A stretch of DNA of 64,000 nt from Octopus vulgaris. Taxonomy: Eukaryota. The translations under genes were made by a program, and so were the position numbers. Positions 27,469 through 39,224 of this stretch are shown one piece after another. The stretch covers positions 45,632,001 to 45,696,000 of the forward strand of contig OX597816.1 of the NCBI GenBank assembly GCA_951406725.2, written 5' to 3'. The notes beneath the pieces are model-generated. The model ran no database searches, had not been told where the DNA came from, and was given only the letters and a program-made list of their open reading frames with translations. Position 1 is the first letter of the stretch, and every line of letters begins with the position of its first letter.

Positions 27469-27519
27469 CTGTATCACAGCCAGACTGAGCTAACCTTTTG
27501 CTTAAAAATGGGAAGAGAT
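27469..27519 (-). CDS. FoxN2/3: FoxN2/3 internal exon (51 nt, phase 1-1): xLFPFLSKRLAQSGCDT
   Basis: tttgtttcttccag acceptor and CAG|gtgagt donor; resembles the invertebrate FoxN2/3 'LFP(F/Y)LS(R/K)RLA' motif downstream of the forkhead domain. Confidence 0.85.
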
Positions 27520-28224
27520 CTGGAAGAAACAAAAAGATTTTTTTTTTCAAATTTAAAAACTCAAACGGATTTATTTACACGTCAATATCATTGCCATTAT
27601 CAATCAACATCATTTTTACCACAACCATTCTAAGAATACTTTCATCACCATTTCATCATCATTGATTTTACATTCATTATTTCTACTAACAAAGGTTGGC
27701 CTAGCTTGCAGTACAGTAGTGTTATACACATCCTCACTAAATGTTTACAACACAACTACTATGACAATACTGCTTTTTCAATGCAGTTCAATTCTTTTCT
27801 TTATTAGTGACGTTAATGCTTTAAAACGTGTTTGGAATTTCACACCTAGACATCCTTCATATCAACTTCTCCAATGGCACAGACAGATGTATTTATGAAG
27901 GACGCCGGTGCTGAAGAAATTACTTTGCTGTTTCAGAACATTCTCACTTCCTTCTCTCTCTCTCTCGCTCTCTCTCTTAATTGTTCATTCTCAATAAATC
28001 CAAAAGGCATTTATGATAAATATTAGTTTTACATGAGTCCATCTCTACATCAGTGGTTCTCAACTGGGCTTCCATATGACCCTTGAAGGTCCTTTATGCA
28101 CAATAAGTTGCTTACACAAAATATTTTAATTACTAAGACAATTCCTAATAATATTTAATTATAAAAATACAGTAGGGTCTTTCTTTATATACATATAGAA
28201 TAGTTATACACATGCGCACACATA

Positions 28225-28550
28225 CAATACACTCATAAAGAGTCCCTTCGGTCATGAATGCACCTAGAAAGTTCCCTTCTGAGATACAAGTCCGTGCAAG
28301 GTTGTTTATGGAAGACCAGCAGTTGCCTAAGCATACCATCCTCCCGCACTCCACGTCACCAATGTTATCCAAGGGTAAGTTAAAATCTGATACGGCTTGC
28401 CACCAGGGACATCACGACTCATTTCTACAGCTGATTGAACTGGAGCAACATGAAGTAAAGCGTCTTGCTCAAGAACACAACACAACCTAGTCCAGGAATC
28501 GAACTCATTACCTCCTGATTGTGAACCCAATGCTCTAACCACAAAGCCAT
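28225..28550 (-). mobile_element. tRNA-derived SINE family D (related fragments at 13225-13435, 31265-31365, 51330-51435)
   Basis: Minus-strand head tggctttgtggttagagc...gagttcgattcc (A/B boxes), then tgtgttcttgagcaagacgct. Confidence 0.7.
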
Positions 28551-28577
28551 ACATAGAAATACACATAAAGCAATTAC

Positions 28578-28826
28578 AGTGTGGAAGAGACATGTATGAG
28601 CCATTCAAAAACACATAAAAACTTGTCTTCACTGAAACATTTATTATTTGGTGTCAAAATTTCCATTGTGGTTAACTGCATCCCAGACTCAAACCAGTTG
28701 TAATGGAACTGAGCCAATGACTAGGGCACAGCTGTTGTGAGGAAAACTTTGGCACTAAATAATAAATGTTTAATTGACATTAACAGTTTTTGTGTGTTTT
28801 TGAATGAATAACAATGTTTCCCATGC
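28578..28826. repeat. ~250 bp imperfect inverted repeat
   Basis: cattcaaaaacacataaaaact / agtttttgtgtgtttttgaatg and aaacatttattatttggtgtcaaa / tttggcactaaataataaatgttt. Confidence 0.8.
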
Positions 28827-28882
28827 TTTTAGTTCCAACACACAATTTCAGACAAACTCACTTGCTAGACAGATACATCTTT

Positions 28883-28912
<30 letters not shown>

Positions 28913-28914
<2 letters not shown>

Positions 28915-29384
28915 ATAAATCCTTGAGTATAATATGAAGGGATTTTTAGGGTACTGTACCTCTGAAAAACCTAAACCTTGTGTATAATATGCACCCCTTC
29001 TCTAACTTGAGTCAAGGAGATCTATATAACGTCCTTGGTTTGTAAAACTGTATACAGTAATGTCCTTTATTATTATTGTAGATATAACATAATGCAAACG
29101 TGTAGCTTTTTTGCGCATTTTGTTTGTAGAAAATAAAGAAATATCAGTAATAACATTTAATAAATGTTGCTTACTGCAAGTTATGGATGATTCTTTTATG
29201 ACTTCATTGCTTTCAGGTTTAGCTTAAGGTATTTTCATGCCTGACATCACAAAATGCGTCTGAATAAACATTGCCAGACAGCAAATAGAGACTCGGACAT
29301 TGCTTAGAAAATATTTTTTTCATTTTTAGCCTCGTATATAGTACGCACTAGGGGGGGGATGCGGATTATACACAAGGATTTACG

Positions 29385-29385
<1 letters not shown>
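28913..29385. mobile_element. pogo/Tc-like MITE inside a (TA)n/(CA)n tract
   Basis: TIRs taaatccttgagtataat / attatacacaaggattta. Confidence 0.65.
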
Positions 29386-29423
<38 letters not shown>

Positions 29424-29438
29424 CACACATGCACAACC

Positions 29439-29793
29439 ATCCAAATTGAGGGAGTGGTGTAGGTAAAATCCAGACTACATGTTAGTTAGCAGATCTTCTG
29501 ATGTAGTAATGACTTCACCAAGGAGTGCTCAGCTATCTACTCACTGAACTAAAGATACCTTAATTATATGAAGATTACCTTGTTGTTAAGGAATCCTAAG
29601 TTAAAATCGTATCTTCAGCGAGTTAACTTGGGATTTCTTAACGGCAGTGTAGCCTTCATATAATTAAGGTATCTTCAGCCTGGTGAGTAGGTAGCTGTGT
29701 ACCCTTCATTATGTAATTATTACATCAGAGGATTTGCTAACTAGGAAACAAATGTAGCCTGCATTTTACCTGCTCCACTACCTTGATTTGGAT
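29439..29793. repeat. ~355 bp imperfect inverted repeat (fold-back)
   Basis: The arms pair end to end, e.g. aagataccttaattatatgaag / cttcatataattaaggtatctt. Confidence 0.9.
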
Positions 29794-30280
29794 TAGGATT
29801 TTTTTTATTATTATTATTAGTTTATTTTAAACATTTTAAAACAGACAGGTTTCTTATCATAAAACAGAGATTGGTATTGCCAGGGTTAAGGAAAACCATC
29901 AAAGTGCAAACGATTTTTTTCATTAACTCTAATTAGATTAAGATTAATCTCTTCTTTGCAAACTGATCTTAATCTTTTGTTTAATTAATGGAGTTTATTT
30001 ATTTATTTTTTTATGTTGTTAAAAATAGATATAGCAAAGCATAGGAATGTGGCTAAGAAGTTTGCTTGGAAATTGACAGACTTCTAAGTTGGATCATACT
30101 GTATGAAACCTGAGCAATAGTTTTCTACTATAGCTTCAGTACACATCAAGCCTTCTGAGTGAAATTGAGTTGTGGTGAAACCAATGCTAGATTCTACCAT
30201 TCTTGAAGGGTACCACTTAATCCTTCACTTGGTTCAACACCAATAGTCCTTATTTGACTACATATATATATATATATATA

Positions 30281-30459
30281 CTTTATTTAAAGCAGCAGAG
30301 AATTCAACAAAACCTGTTACTCTGAGGGAGTGGTGTAGGTAAAATCAGAGTAACAGGTTTTGTTGAATTTTCTGCTGCTTTAGATAAAGCATATTACTCT
30401 ACCACTGGTATTTGAGTACTCTTTTTTCCACCTTGTTTCACATTTATGTGTTTACTCCA

Positions 30460-30460
<1 letters not shown>
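30281..30460. mobile_element. Same palindromic family as 47758-47980, centre replaced by foreign sequence
   Basis: 45-bp arms 30281-30325 / 30345-30389, followed by a ~70 bp unpaired tail matching 47758-47830; (TA)n on both sides. Confidence 0.8.
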
Positions 30461-30512
<52 letters not shown>

Positions 30513-30532
30513 TCAGTTTGCAAAGAAGAGAT

Positions 30533-30575
<43 letters not shown>

Positions 30576-30803
30576 TAGGGGATATAATTCCAAACTTACA
30601 GGGAAAAATTCAATTTAGCAATTATAACTCAAATTCACAATATATAATATATGTATATAGTTAAGAGAACCTCTCTCTCTTTCGGAGAGGCACAAGCACC
30701 TACACGCACATATACATACACGGAAGTAACTTCCGCCTGCCGAATTCAATCACAAAACTTCGGTCAGCTCGGGGCTATAGTAGAAAACATGCCCAAAGTG
30801 CCA

Positions 30804-31017
30804 CTCTATTAAGTAATTCAATAGTGAAAGACATTATAAATATTATATAGAAAAAATTTGAATATACTATAATAAATATTATTTTTAAAAAATCACTAAA
30901 TTAAATTTAATGTTTATTTAATTTAGTGACTTTTTAAAATAATATTTATTAAAGTATATTTAAATTTTTTCTATATAATATTGATAATGTCTTTCACTAT
31001 TGAATTACTTAATAGAG
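30804..31017. repeat. AT-rich near-perfect palindrome with ~100 bp arms
   Basis: ctctattaagtaattcaatagtgaaagacattat... / ...ataatgtctttcactattgaattacttaatagag; about five differences; short loop. Confidence 0.92.
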
Positions 31018-31830
31018 GTTATTTCTCTTAATTATATAAATATTAAAAACACAAACGTGATTATTTTACACTATCTCCAGCAGAATACTTGCCTGGAACC
31101 CAGACATCTAAAAGAAATAGGCATGGCAGCTGAAACCAGGTGAAGGTGGCTGTGGTTGGCAAGAGACCACAGAACCCTTCCACAGGTGAAGATTAATTCA
31201 GCTCTTAAACATATTCCCATACCTGTGCTTCTGTCTCTTTGTGTGCTTGTGAGTGTGTGTATGAAAACATGTGGCCTAGAGTTAGGCTCTCACGTAGTCC
31301 CCTGGAGCAAGGCACTTCATTTCATATTACTCCGGTCTACTCAGCTGAAAATGAGTGCCATCTGAGTGCTAGTGCAACGCTCTCTTTCTCCAGCTCGGAT
31401 TTTTGATGTTCCATTGGGTCAAGAGTAGGAAGGTTGATTGAGAGGATGACAATGTCAGCTTGTAATCACATGAGCACCTAAAACAATTAGTGAAAGCAGG
31501 GTACATGCTACCAAGTCATGCTCATTTGCAACAGCTATCTATGGTTTTTGGTTCATGTAATATATATATATATATATATATATATTATGATGATAGCCAT
31601 CTCACATTGAGCCTGAGTATGCTGATTTGCTTTTATCTTTATGTGTGTAGATATGACTACAATGTTATCACACATCTATTGCCATAGGTCTTTACAAAAT
31701 ACAAAACAGATCAAGAAATGAAATGATAGTGAGATATCTGTAAATTATAGGATTATAGGGTTTAAGTGATAAAAGTTTGTACAACACTTTTGCCACTCTC
31801 TCAGTTGCCATAGTAGGTTCCAGTGAGAGG

Positions 31831-32038
31831 TATGAAGAGGTGCTGAAAAGTTCCTGGGTATCACGAAAGGCCTAGGTAGAGGCCCAGCCTTCCAAGTTCT
31901 TTTACAGGGCTTAGAAAAACTAAAGGGCCGCTACAATAAGAGTGTGAATCTGAGAGGGGAATATGTTGAATAAAATCATAACTGATCCTTCTGAATTTTC
32001 TTTTACGTAAAGCCAGGTATTTTTCATCACCCACTCAT
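31831..32038 (+). mobile_element. Mariner-derived MITE
   Basis: Imperfect TIRs tatgaagaggtgctgaaaagttcctgg / ccaggtatttttcatcacccactcata; internal remnant LEKLKGRYNKSVNLRGEYVE* is typical of a mariner C-terminus. Confidence 0.75.
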
Positions 32039-32166
32039 ATTGCAAAATAACTGGTACTATTTTGACTGCATGGTTTGTAGTCAAAGTAACTTTCTCCTAC
32101 AACATCTGCTTTCGACATGGTTTTGACAAAAATAATGTTATTATAATTTGAGTTTTGAATAATATA

Positions 32167-32396
32167 TTTCTTTACTACCCACAAGGGGCTAAACATAGAG
32201 GGGACAAACAAGGACAGACAAAGGGATTAAGTCGATTACATCGACCCAGTGCGTAACTGGTACTTTATTTATCGACCCCGAGAGGATGAAAGGCAAAGTC
32301 GACCTCGACGGAATTTGAACTCAGAACATAACGACAGACGAAATACGGCTATGCATTTCACCCGGCATACTAACGTTTCTGCCACCTCGCCGCCTT
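32167..32396 (-). mobile_element. Family C SINE, young copy with CpGs retained
   Basis: aaggcggcgaggtggcagaaacgttag...ctgagttcaaattccgtcgaggtcgactttgcctttcatcc on the minus strand. Confidence 0.85.
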
Positions 32397-32981
32397 GTTT
32401 TGAGTTTTGAATCATAAGTAGCTCTCACAATGTCAATATTACCGATGTCACATACTGAATGTATGTGTTTTGTTTATATGCTTATTTTCTGCAGGAATGC
32501 ATCAGGGGAAATCGATATCCAGCATTCTCGTTCACCTGCAGGGCAAGTAGTCTCACCTGGTTTGAGGTATTCAGTCTTCTTAATACTCAGCAATTTAAAG
32601 GGACTTTTCCCCTTGGTGCAATCTTGCAGCTAATATGTGCTTACACAAAACATACATACGTAACATAAGCAATGCTGATATTTTATTTTATTTATATATA
32701 TATATATATAGGCTATATTTATTTATTTATTGTCTTCATCTACTGTTTCATTTCAAATTACTGTTGTTTACTTTTGTACATCCAACCTGTATTATTTTGT
32801 TTGCCCGAACCCTAATTCTCAGCAAATCTTGTGAGTGCTGCTGAGATATTTAGTTCCTAGTCTAATTGTTAAAGGCTTGAAACTAGGTATTAGTATTTTT
32901 CAGTCAATAACTGCCAAAGTATTATGGTTCTGGTGTCTGTTCTAGGTGTACATTTTGTAGTATTTAATGAATATTTTATTT

Positions 32982-33020
<39 letters not shown>

Positions 33021-33789
33021 GTGTATAATTTGTAGAAAGCAGAAGATACAACTGAATATCTCAGATGGATTGTAAGCATATATCCAATAAAATCTATGAT
33101 GTTTCTTGACATTCCTAGTCATAAAAAAGCATCTGTGTAATCCTTTAGCTCTGCCCCTTCAGAGATGAATGAAATGAATAATTCCTTACTTGAATAATAA
33201 GGATATCCAGCTGTAAAACAATTGTGTCAATAATGTGTACTCATCTAACCCATGCTAACATATGGAGAAGAAAAGAAAAAATGGATGCAAAATAAATGAA
33301 GGAAATATAAACACTGATCTTTTTATGCATGCATGAGTGTAGTGGTTTAATTGTTAGTGTAATTGATCTTACACCTGGATGCCTTTACTGCTGCAAACAA
33401 CTCAACCGTCAAATAAGACCTCCCCACTCCCTTTATCTGGTGTGTGTGCGTGTGAAGTAGTAAGTCAAGCAAAGACAAGGCAAAGACAGTTAAGTGCCTT
33501 GCTCTCAGATGCAACACAATGAACATATCAAGTCCTAAACTTGTGACAATGTGACTAATAGTCCAGCACCTTCAAAACTGCTGCACATCACAATCTAAAA
33601 GACAAATTATTTCTCTCACAACTGTTATTATGATATAGTGAAATCCATCTGCATGTCTGTCTGTAACATAACTACAGGTTTGGTTTGCAATCCCAACTCT
33701 CTCTTTCATTCTCTCCCCATATAATGAATGCACTCAGACACACAAACATATATATATATATATATATATATATCGAATTGAACCAGCCA

Positions 33790-34114
33790 GGATCCCTGGT
33801 CTGGTGGTACGTAAAAAGCACTATCCGACTCGTGGCCGATGCCAGCGCCGCCTCGACTGGCTTCCGTGCCGGTGGCACGTAAAATACACCAATCCAACCG
33901 TGGCCGTTGCCAGCCTCGCCTGGCACCTGTGCAGGTGGCACGTAAAAAGCACCCACTACACTCACGGAGTGGTTGGCGTTAGGAAGAGCATCCAGCTGTA
34001 GAAACATTGCCAGATAAGACTGGAGCCTGGTGCAGCCTTCTGGCTTCCCAGATCCCCGGTCGAACCGTCCAACCCATGCTAGCATGGAGAACGGACGTTA
34101 GATGATGATGATGA

Positions 34115-34118
<4 letters not shown>
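33790..34118 (+). mobile_element. Family A (GAT-tailed) SINE
   Basis: Homologous to 362-630; ends ggacgttagatgatgatgatg. Confidence 0.85.
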
Positions 34119-34157
<39 letters not shown>

Positions 34158-34692
34158 TTGCTCAACAAAATTGCTTAAAACATTAAGCTATCATTAGTGA
34201 AAATAAAAAAATTTCTTTTTTTAAAAAGACTAAGTTTATTTATCACAAAATGGAAAGAAAATAATGAGTATTAATTCATCAAATTTTTTATCAGAAAAAC
34301 TAACGAATATTAATTTTCCTTTGTTAAATTTGAATATATTACTTTCTTTACAATACAACTAATGTTTACACATGGTTGGTTGTATGATGCTCTCAGTAGA
34401 GCTGGGGGTGAATGCATCAGAGAAAAAGATCAGTTTACTTATAGCAAAGGGATCTCACAGGCATCCCAATCCTGAAAATGTTGAATTCACTAAAAATATT
34501 GTATACACAGACATCAATTGTCAAAATTTCCTGTCTGTTGTTTGCTGTATACTGTACTGTATATAGATATTTATATACATTTGAAACAATCTATTTCTGC
34601 ATGCTCTTTGTGTTTACTACCACAGTTCACCTGCAGCATATGAAATCTACCTTCTCTGTTAGCCTGCCTTTGATCTCGCTACACTTTTTGCA

Positions 34693-34890
34693 TCATCACC
34701 ATCACCATCATTGTTTAATGTCTGCTTTCCATGCTGGCAAGGGTTGGACAGTATGACATGAAACAGGTCAGCTGGGAACTGTCCAGACCCCAACTGTCTG
34801 TTGTTGCATGGTTTCTATGGCTGGATGCCATTCCTAACACCAACCACTTAACAGAGTGCGCCAGGTGCTTTTTATGTGCCGCCAGCATGG
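34693..34890 (-). mobile_element. Family A SINE, diverged, inserted next to an RTE fragment
   Basis: catcattgtttaatgtctgctttccatgctggcaagggttggac. Confidence 0.7.
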
Positions 34891-35589
34891 AGATGTAAGT
34901 CCATTGAATTATACATGTTCACCTTACAAAATTTCCTGTTAGTCGTTTGTTGTATATGGTATATATTTTTACCTATCAAAGGTTTCGTTTATTTCAATAT
35001 CGCTTCCCCATGTTTTACTTAATCCTTTGTTGAATATATATCTATATTTCAATGAAACAAAGTATCACTTATTCTGGGCATAAAACAATAGGTCATGCAC
35101 TAATTAAAATAGAAATAACTTGCACACTTACGAGAAAGTGAAAGGCTGTTAGGGCTAAATTTGGGGGCCAGTGGCACGGGTTTCACATTGCTGCAATGAG
35201 AAAAATTAAAACAATGTTAGTTATAAAAGCATGAAGAAAAAAATAGCCAACAAAAAGGAAAAGGTATTAATTATTACTTCTAATATAGACATAAAAGTAC
35301 TGAATTTTAAAGGGAGGGAATAATCAATAAGAATGACAACAACCCTCCCACCAGACTGTCATTAGGTACTTATTTTATTGACTCCAGAAGGATGAAAGTC
35401 AATGTTCACTGACTGAGACTGTATTTGAACCCAGAATGTGAAGAAACTCACAAAATTAAATATTGCAAGCAATTTGTCAAAAAAAACAACATTATAATAC
35501 ATTTACAAGGCCTACAATTTTGAGAGAAAGGGTTGGCCAATTAAGTTGATCACAGTAACTAGGGTTGCTTTAATTAGGGTCTTCAAAAC

Positions 35590-36345
35590 TCGTGTCCATG
35601 TCACGCTGCCATGCAGGAATGCACTTTGCACTCAACCTACACTTGATCTTGAGGAGTAAGCCCTTTGCTACCAGCAGAAGTAATAGTGCTCTCAACATTC
35701 ACTAGTCCGTTCTTCTTCAAGTTACCACACTTTTAGAATAATCACCTCCACTGCTAATTTGGTTACCCAAGGAGCAAAAGCTATCAACTACTATTAGGGA
35801 GCTGTCTTGGTATTTGAGAGACTCTATTATTGCATGCTCATAGTGTTTACTACTCCAGTGCACCTGCTGCATATGAAACCTACCTTTTCTGTTAGCTTAC
35901 CATTGACCCCTCTACATCTTTTGTATGTTCATTTGACTACACAGGTACACCATGCAGAATTTCTACCTGCTCCTTTACTGAAGGAAAAGCTTGACCATTT
36001 CCCCAATGTTATAAGTGTCCTGTCATTCTTCCAATTTACTAAAACTGATGTTTTCACTAAGTTTACTTTAAGGCCCTTCAATTCCAGATTTTGCTACCCT
36101 ATCTAAAATTTCAGTTTCAGACTTCAGAATTTGCTACAAGAGCTAAGTGTAGAGTATACAAAAGTTCCCAAGGGCAGCCAATTTTAAATCATTTTATAAT
36201 GCTTGAAGGATTATAATAACTATGGGGGCTGAGAACTGGGTCTTGATGTCCCCTCACCTGCACACTAAATTTATTGTTGAATGCTCTTTCATACATAGCT
36301 TGTATGGCCTTCACAAGCCATTCACCTATTTCTAGCAACCAAGCA
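35590..36345 (-). pseudogene. Degenerate RTE-like LINE reverse-transcriptase fragment (small related piece at 34590-34690)
   Basis: Minus-strand translation gives EWLVKAIQAMY..FSVQV.GHQ..VLSP, LELKGLKVNLVKT, a Cys-rich KRC.G..GKL....FICSRC segment and VVDSFC.LG.QISSGG, with stops and deletions. Confidence 0.8.
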
Positions 36346-37708
36346 AATCGATCAATTAATTGCAGTCCTTGACTAGTACTCATGCATTCCACACATATTA
36401 ATCTTTAGACTTATATATATGTAAACACCAACATTAGTTTGTCTTTTATTAATCTGTCTTTATCACGCTGCTAATTGTGTCAGACTCGATAAACACCTTC
36501 CTCATTAATTCTATACAATCCTGTTGTTGATTAGCTCTAAGTCATCTCCCGTCAAGAAAATCGAGCATCAAAAGTAATTCAACCATGAGAAACTTGCATC
36601 CCCACCACCCCCAGATAATAGTGAGATCTAGGTTAACAAAGACAGAAAATTTATCATCTTTTTACCCCAAGGAAGAGAATATCTAGTACATCATTATCCA
36701 ATGTGTCATTTTTTTTAAAGATGATAAGGTTTGCATCAATGAAGATTTTGACTTCTATTTCTAGCAGACCAAGTGACAACATAAGGGTTCCCTCCGCACA
36801 CTTATGGTAAACAGGTAGGCTGTCAATAGCCACATACCTGAAACACTTTGGAAATGTGAGAAGAGGGGTGAGGGGGATAGATAACATGAGAATGATACTG
36901 TTGAGAAAGGTGGTGGTGGTGGTGATGGTGGTGGTGCTACTGTTTCTTAGCTGTGACATACTCAATTGTACTATATATGCCAACTCCATTTTCAAGGAAG
37001 ATAATGAGGTCACCGACAACAGCATTAATTGATGCTGCCATTTGTAGTTTGTCAACTTCATTAGGATCATCCTTAGCAGCAGCAGCAGCAGCATTTATAG
37101 TCAAGCAGTTAATTAGTGACAGTATATTGTTCTTGTTCAACCCGAGGTCAAGAACTGTTTGATTGGACCTATGATCAGTGGCATTCCAGCCATGACTCTC
37201 TGGTCTGTTTTTTTAAAGAGAGTGCATTATCTAACAGGCAACGTGTCCTTCAATCAATCTATTAAGATAAAAGAGTGTAAATTAAAGAAGATTTGGATAC
37301 TACAAGATGTAGCAACTATACAAAGCACTCTTCTTGACTTGGTGTAGTAGTAGTAGTAGTAGTTGTTGTTGACTGGTAATCAACAAGGTTTGCTTTCTCT
37401 ATTGTCAATAGTATCAACAATACACCGATTACAATGGAAGTGACAAAATGGAGAGGTGGAGAAGGAAGAGGTCGTCTAATTCATTAACCAGCAAGAAAGT
37501 CTTCTAATTTGTTAATTGGCAAAGAGGTTTCTAATCTGTTAATCACTATTCAATTGTTTCTGTGATTTCCAACTTCACCTAAAACAACTAAAAACTTCCA
37601 CATCTAAATATCAACACAACAACCAGTACCAACAGCACACAAAACAGCATCAACACTACCTTAAAGTGTGTGCATGCATGTATATGTGTATGTTAATATC
37701 AAACAGTG

Positions 37709-38165
37709 GCTGCCATCCAGACAATGGGCAGGGCATGTCTCCAGAATGGAGAACCACCGCCTTCCTAAGATTGCCCCCTTTGGCGAACTCTCCTCCGGCC
37801 ACAGTGTGAGAGGAGCACCGAGGAAGTGCTACAAAGACAGCCTCAAGAAGTCTCAAATAGCATGTCATATTGACCACCAATGCTGGTCAGACCTAGCTGC
37901 GGACCGTGATGTCTGGCGCCACACGATCATCAGTGCAGTCAGCTAGTTTGAGGTACAAAGAAAAGAAGCGCTTAAAGACAAGAGACGCAGGAGGAAGGCA
38001 CGAGCCGCCTCTGACACCACACTGGATGTTACCTTCGTCTGTGGACACTGCTCACGGACCTGCCTTTCCCGTATCGAACTTGTCAGTCATGAGTATGCGT
38101 GCGACGTGGACAGCCTTCCTGATCTTCGTTCGCGAAACCGAGCCATGATATATGATATGATGAGG
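37709..38165 (+). mobile_element. 5'-truncated RTE-clade (BovB/RTE-1-like) LINE with a 14-bp TSD
   Basis: Encodes WAGHVSRMENHRLPK...GAPRKCYKDSLK...W..LAADR..WR, one stop, then a C-x2-C...H zinc finger (FVCGHCSRTCLSRIELVSH); (TGATA/TGA)n tail; TSD aatatcaaacagtg at 37695-37708 and 38166-38179. Confidence 0.92.
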
Positions 38166-38809
38166 AATATCAAACAGTGAGAATGAGTGCTTAGTGCTAT
38201 ATTGGTAGATGGATATTCTTTATTTGTGGATAAACAAGGCTACCAATGGTTTCATGTAAAGAGGAATCTTTCAACAGGTGTAGCTTTGTGTAGTCTCGTC
38301 CAAAACGGAGATGAGTACCAATATTCCCATGTCGCAAGCTTGATAATTGTTAAGAGACTCATCTTTACATGAAACCACTAGTCGCCGCATTAACACACAA
38401 ATAAAATGCACACACATGCATACATATATGAATGATACATGCAAGGGCAGGGCTGATAATCAATATGTCTCCCACAGAAAACAAAGACCGAGTCTCTGAA
38501 AGCTTTCTGAAAACAAAGGAGCTTTGTTATAATTATATGGCTGTGAGCTATACAGAACACCACAGCTTTAACCCTTAAGCATTCAGATTACTTTGTCAAG
38601 TGTAATGCTTAATTATACATGTTGTTTTGAATTAATCATGCATGGTCTTGTAGCTTTGAGATTTCAGTGATGTGATTGTTTATTTTTAGAATGGCATTGT
38701 AAGGTAAGCGTGAAATGCTGGATTCATTCAGTTTAAATGTAAGAATATTTTGAGCTGGATATGGCCGGTTTAAATGCCAAAGGGTGAAGCCCAGAAATCT
38801 CATGTTAGT

Positions 38810-39023
38810 CTTTACTCTTACTCTTTTACTTGTTTCAGTCATTTGACTGCGGCCATGCTGGAGCACCACCTTTAGTCGAGCAAATCGACCCCGGGACTTA
38901 TTCTTTGTAAGCCCAGTACTTATTGTATCGGTCTCTTTTGCCAAACCGCTAAGTGACGGAGACGTAAACACACCAGCATCGGTTGTCAAGCAATGCTGGG
39001 GGGACAAACACAAACACACAACC

Positions 39024-39058
<35 letters not shown>

Positions 39059-39224
39059 TATATACGACAGGCTTCTTTCAGTTTCCGTCTACCAAATTCA
39101 CTCACAAGGCATTGGTCGGCCCGAGGCTATAGTAGAAGACAATTGCCCAAGGTGCCATGCAGTGGGACTGAACCCGGAACCATGTCGTTGGTAAGCAAGC
39201 TACTTACCACACAGCCACTCCTGC
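38810..39224 (-). mobile_element. Family B SINE flanked by a ~165 bp direct duplication
   Basis: Full-length copy; flanks 38647-38809 and 39225-39395 are near-identical. Confidence 0.88.

Noticed and set aside
32557-32630. Possible upstream exon ending CCAG|gtgaga (..KKTEYLKP, phase 1)
   Set aside because: Poor acceptor and no homology recognised; probably repeat-derived.
36937-37140. ORF with poly-Ala (INAAAAAAKDDPNEVDKL)
   Set aside because: Driven by a CAG trinucleotide tract among repeats; no splice-consistent link to the gene.
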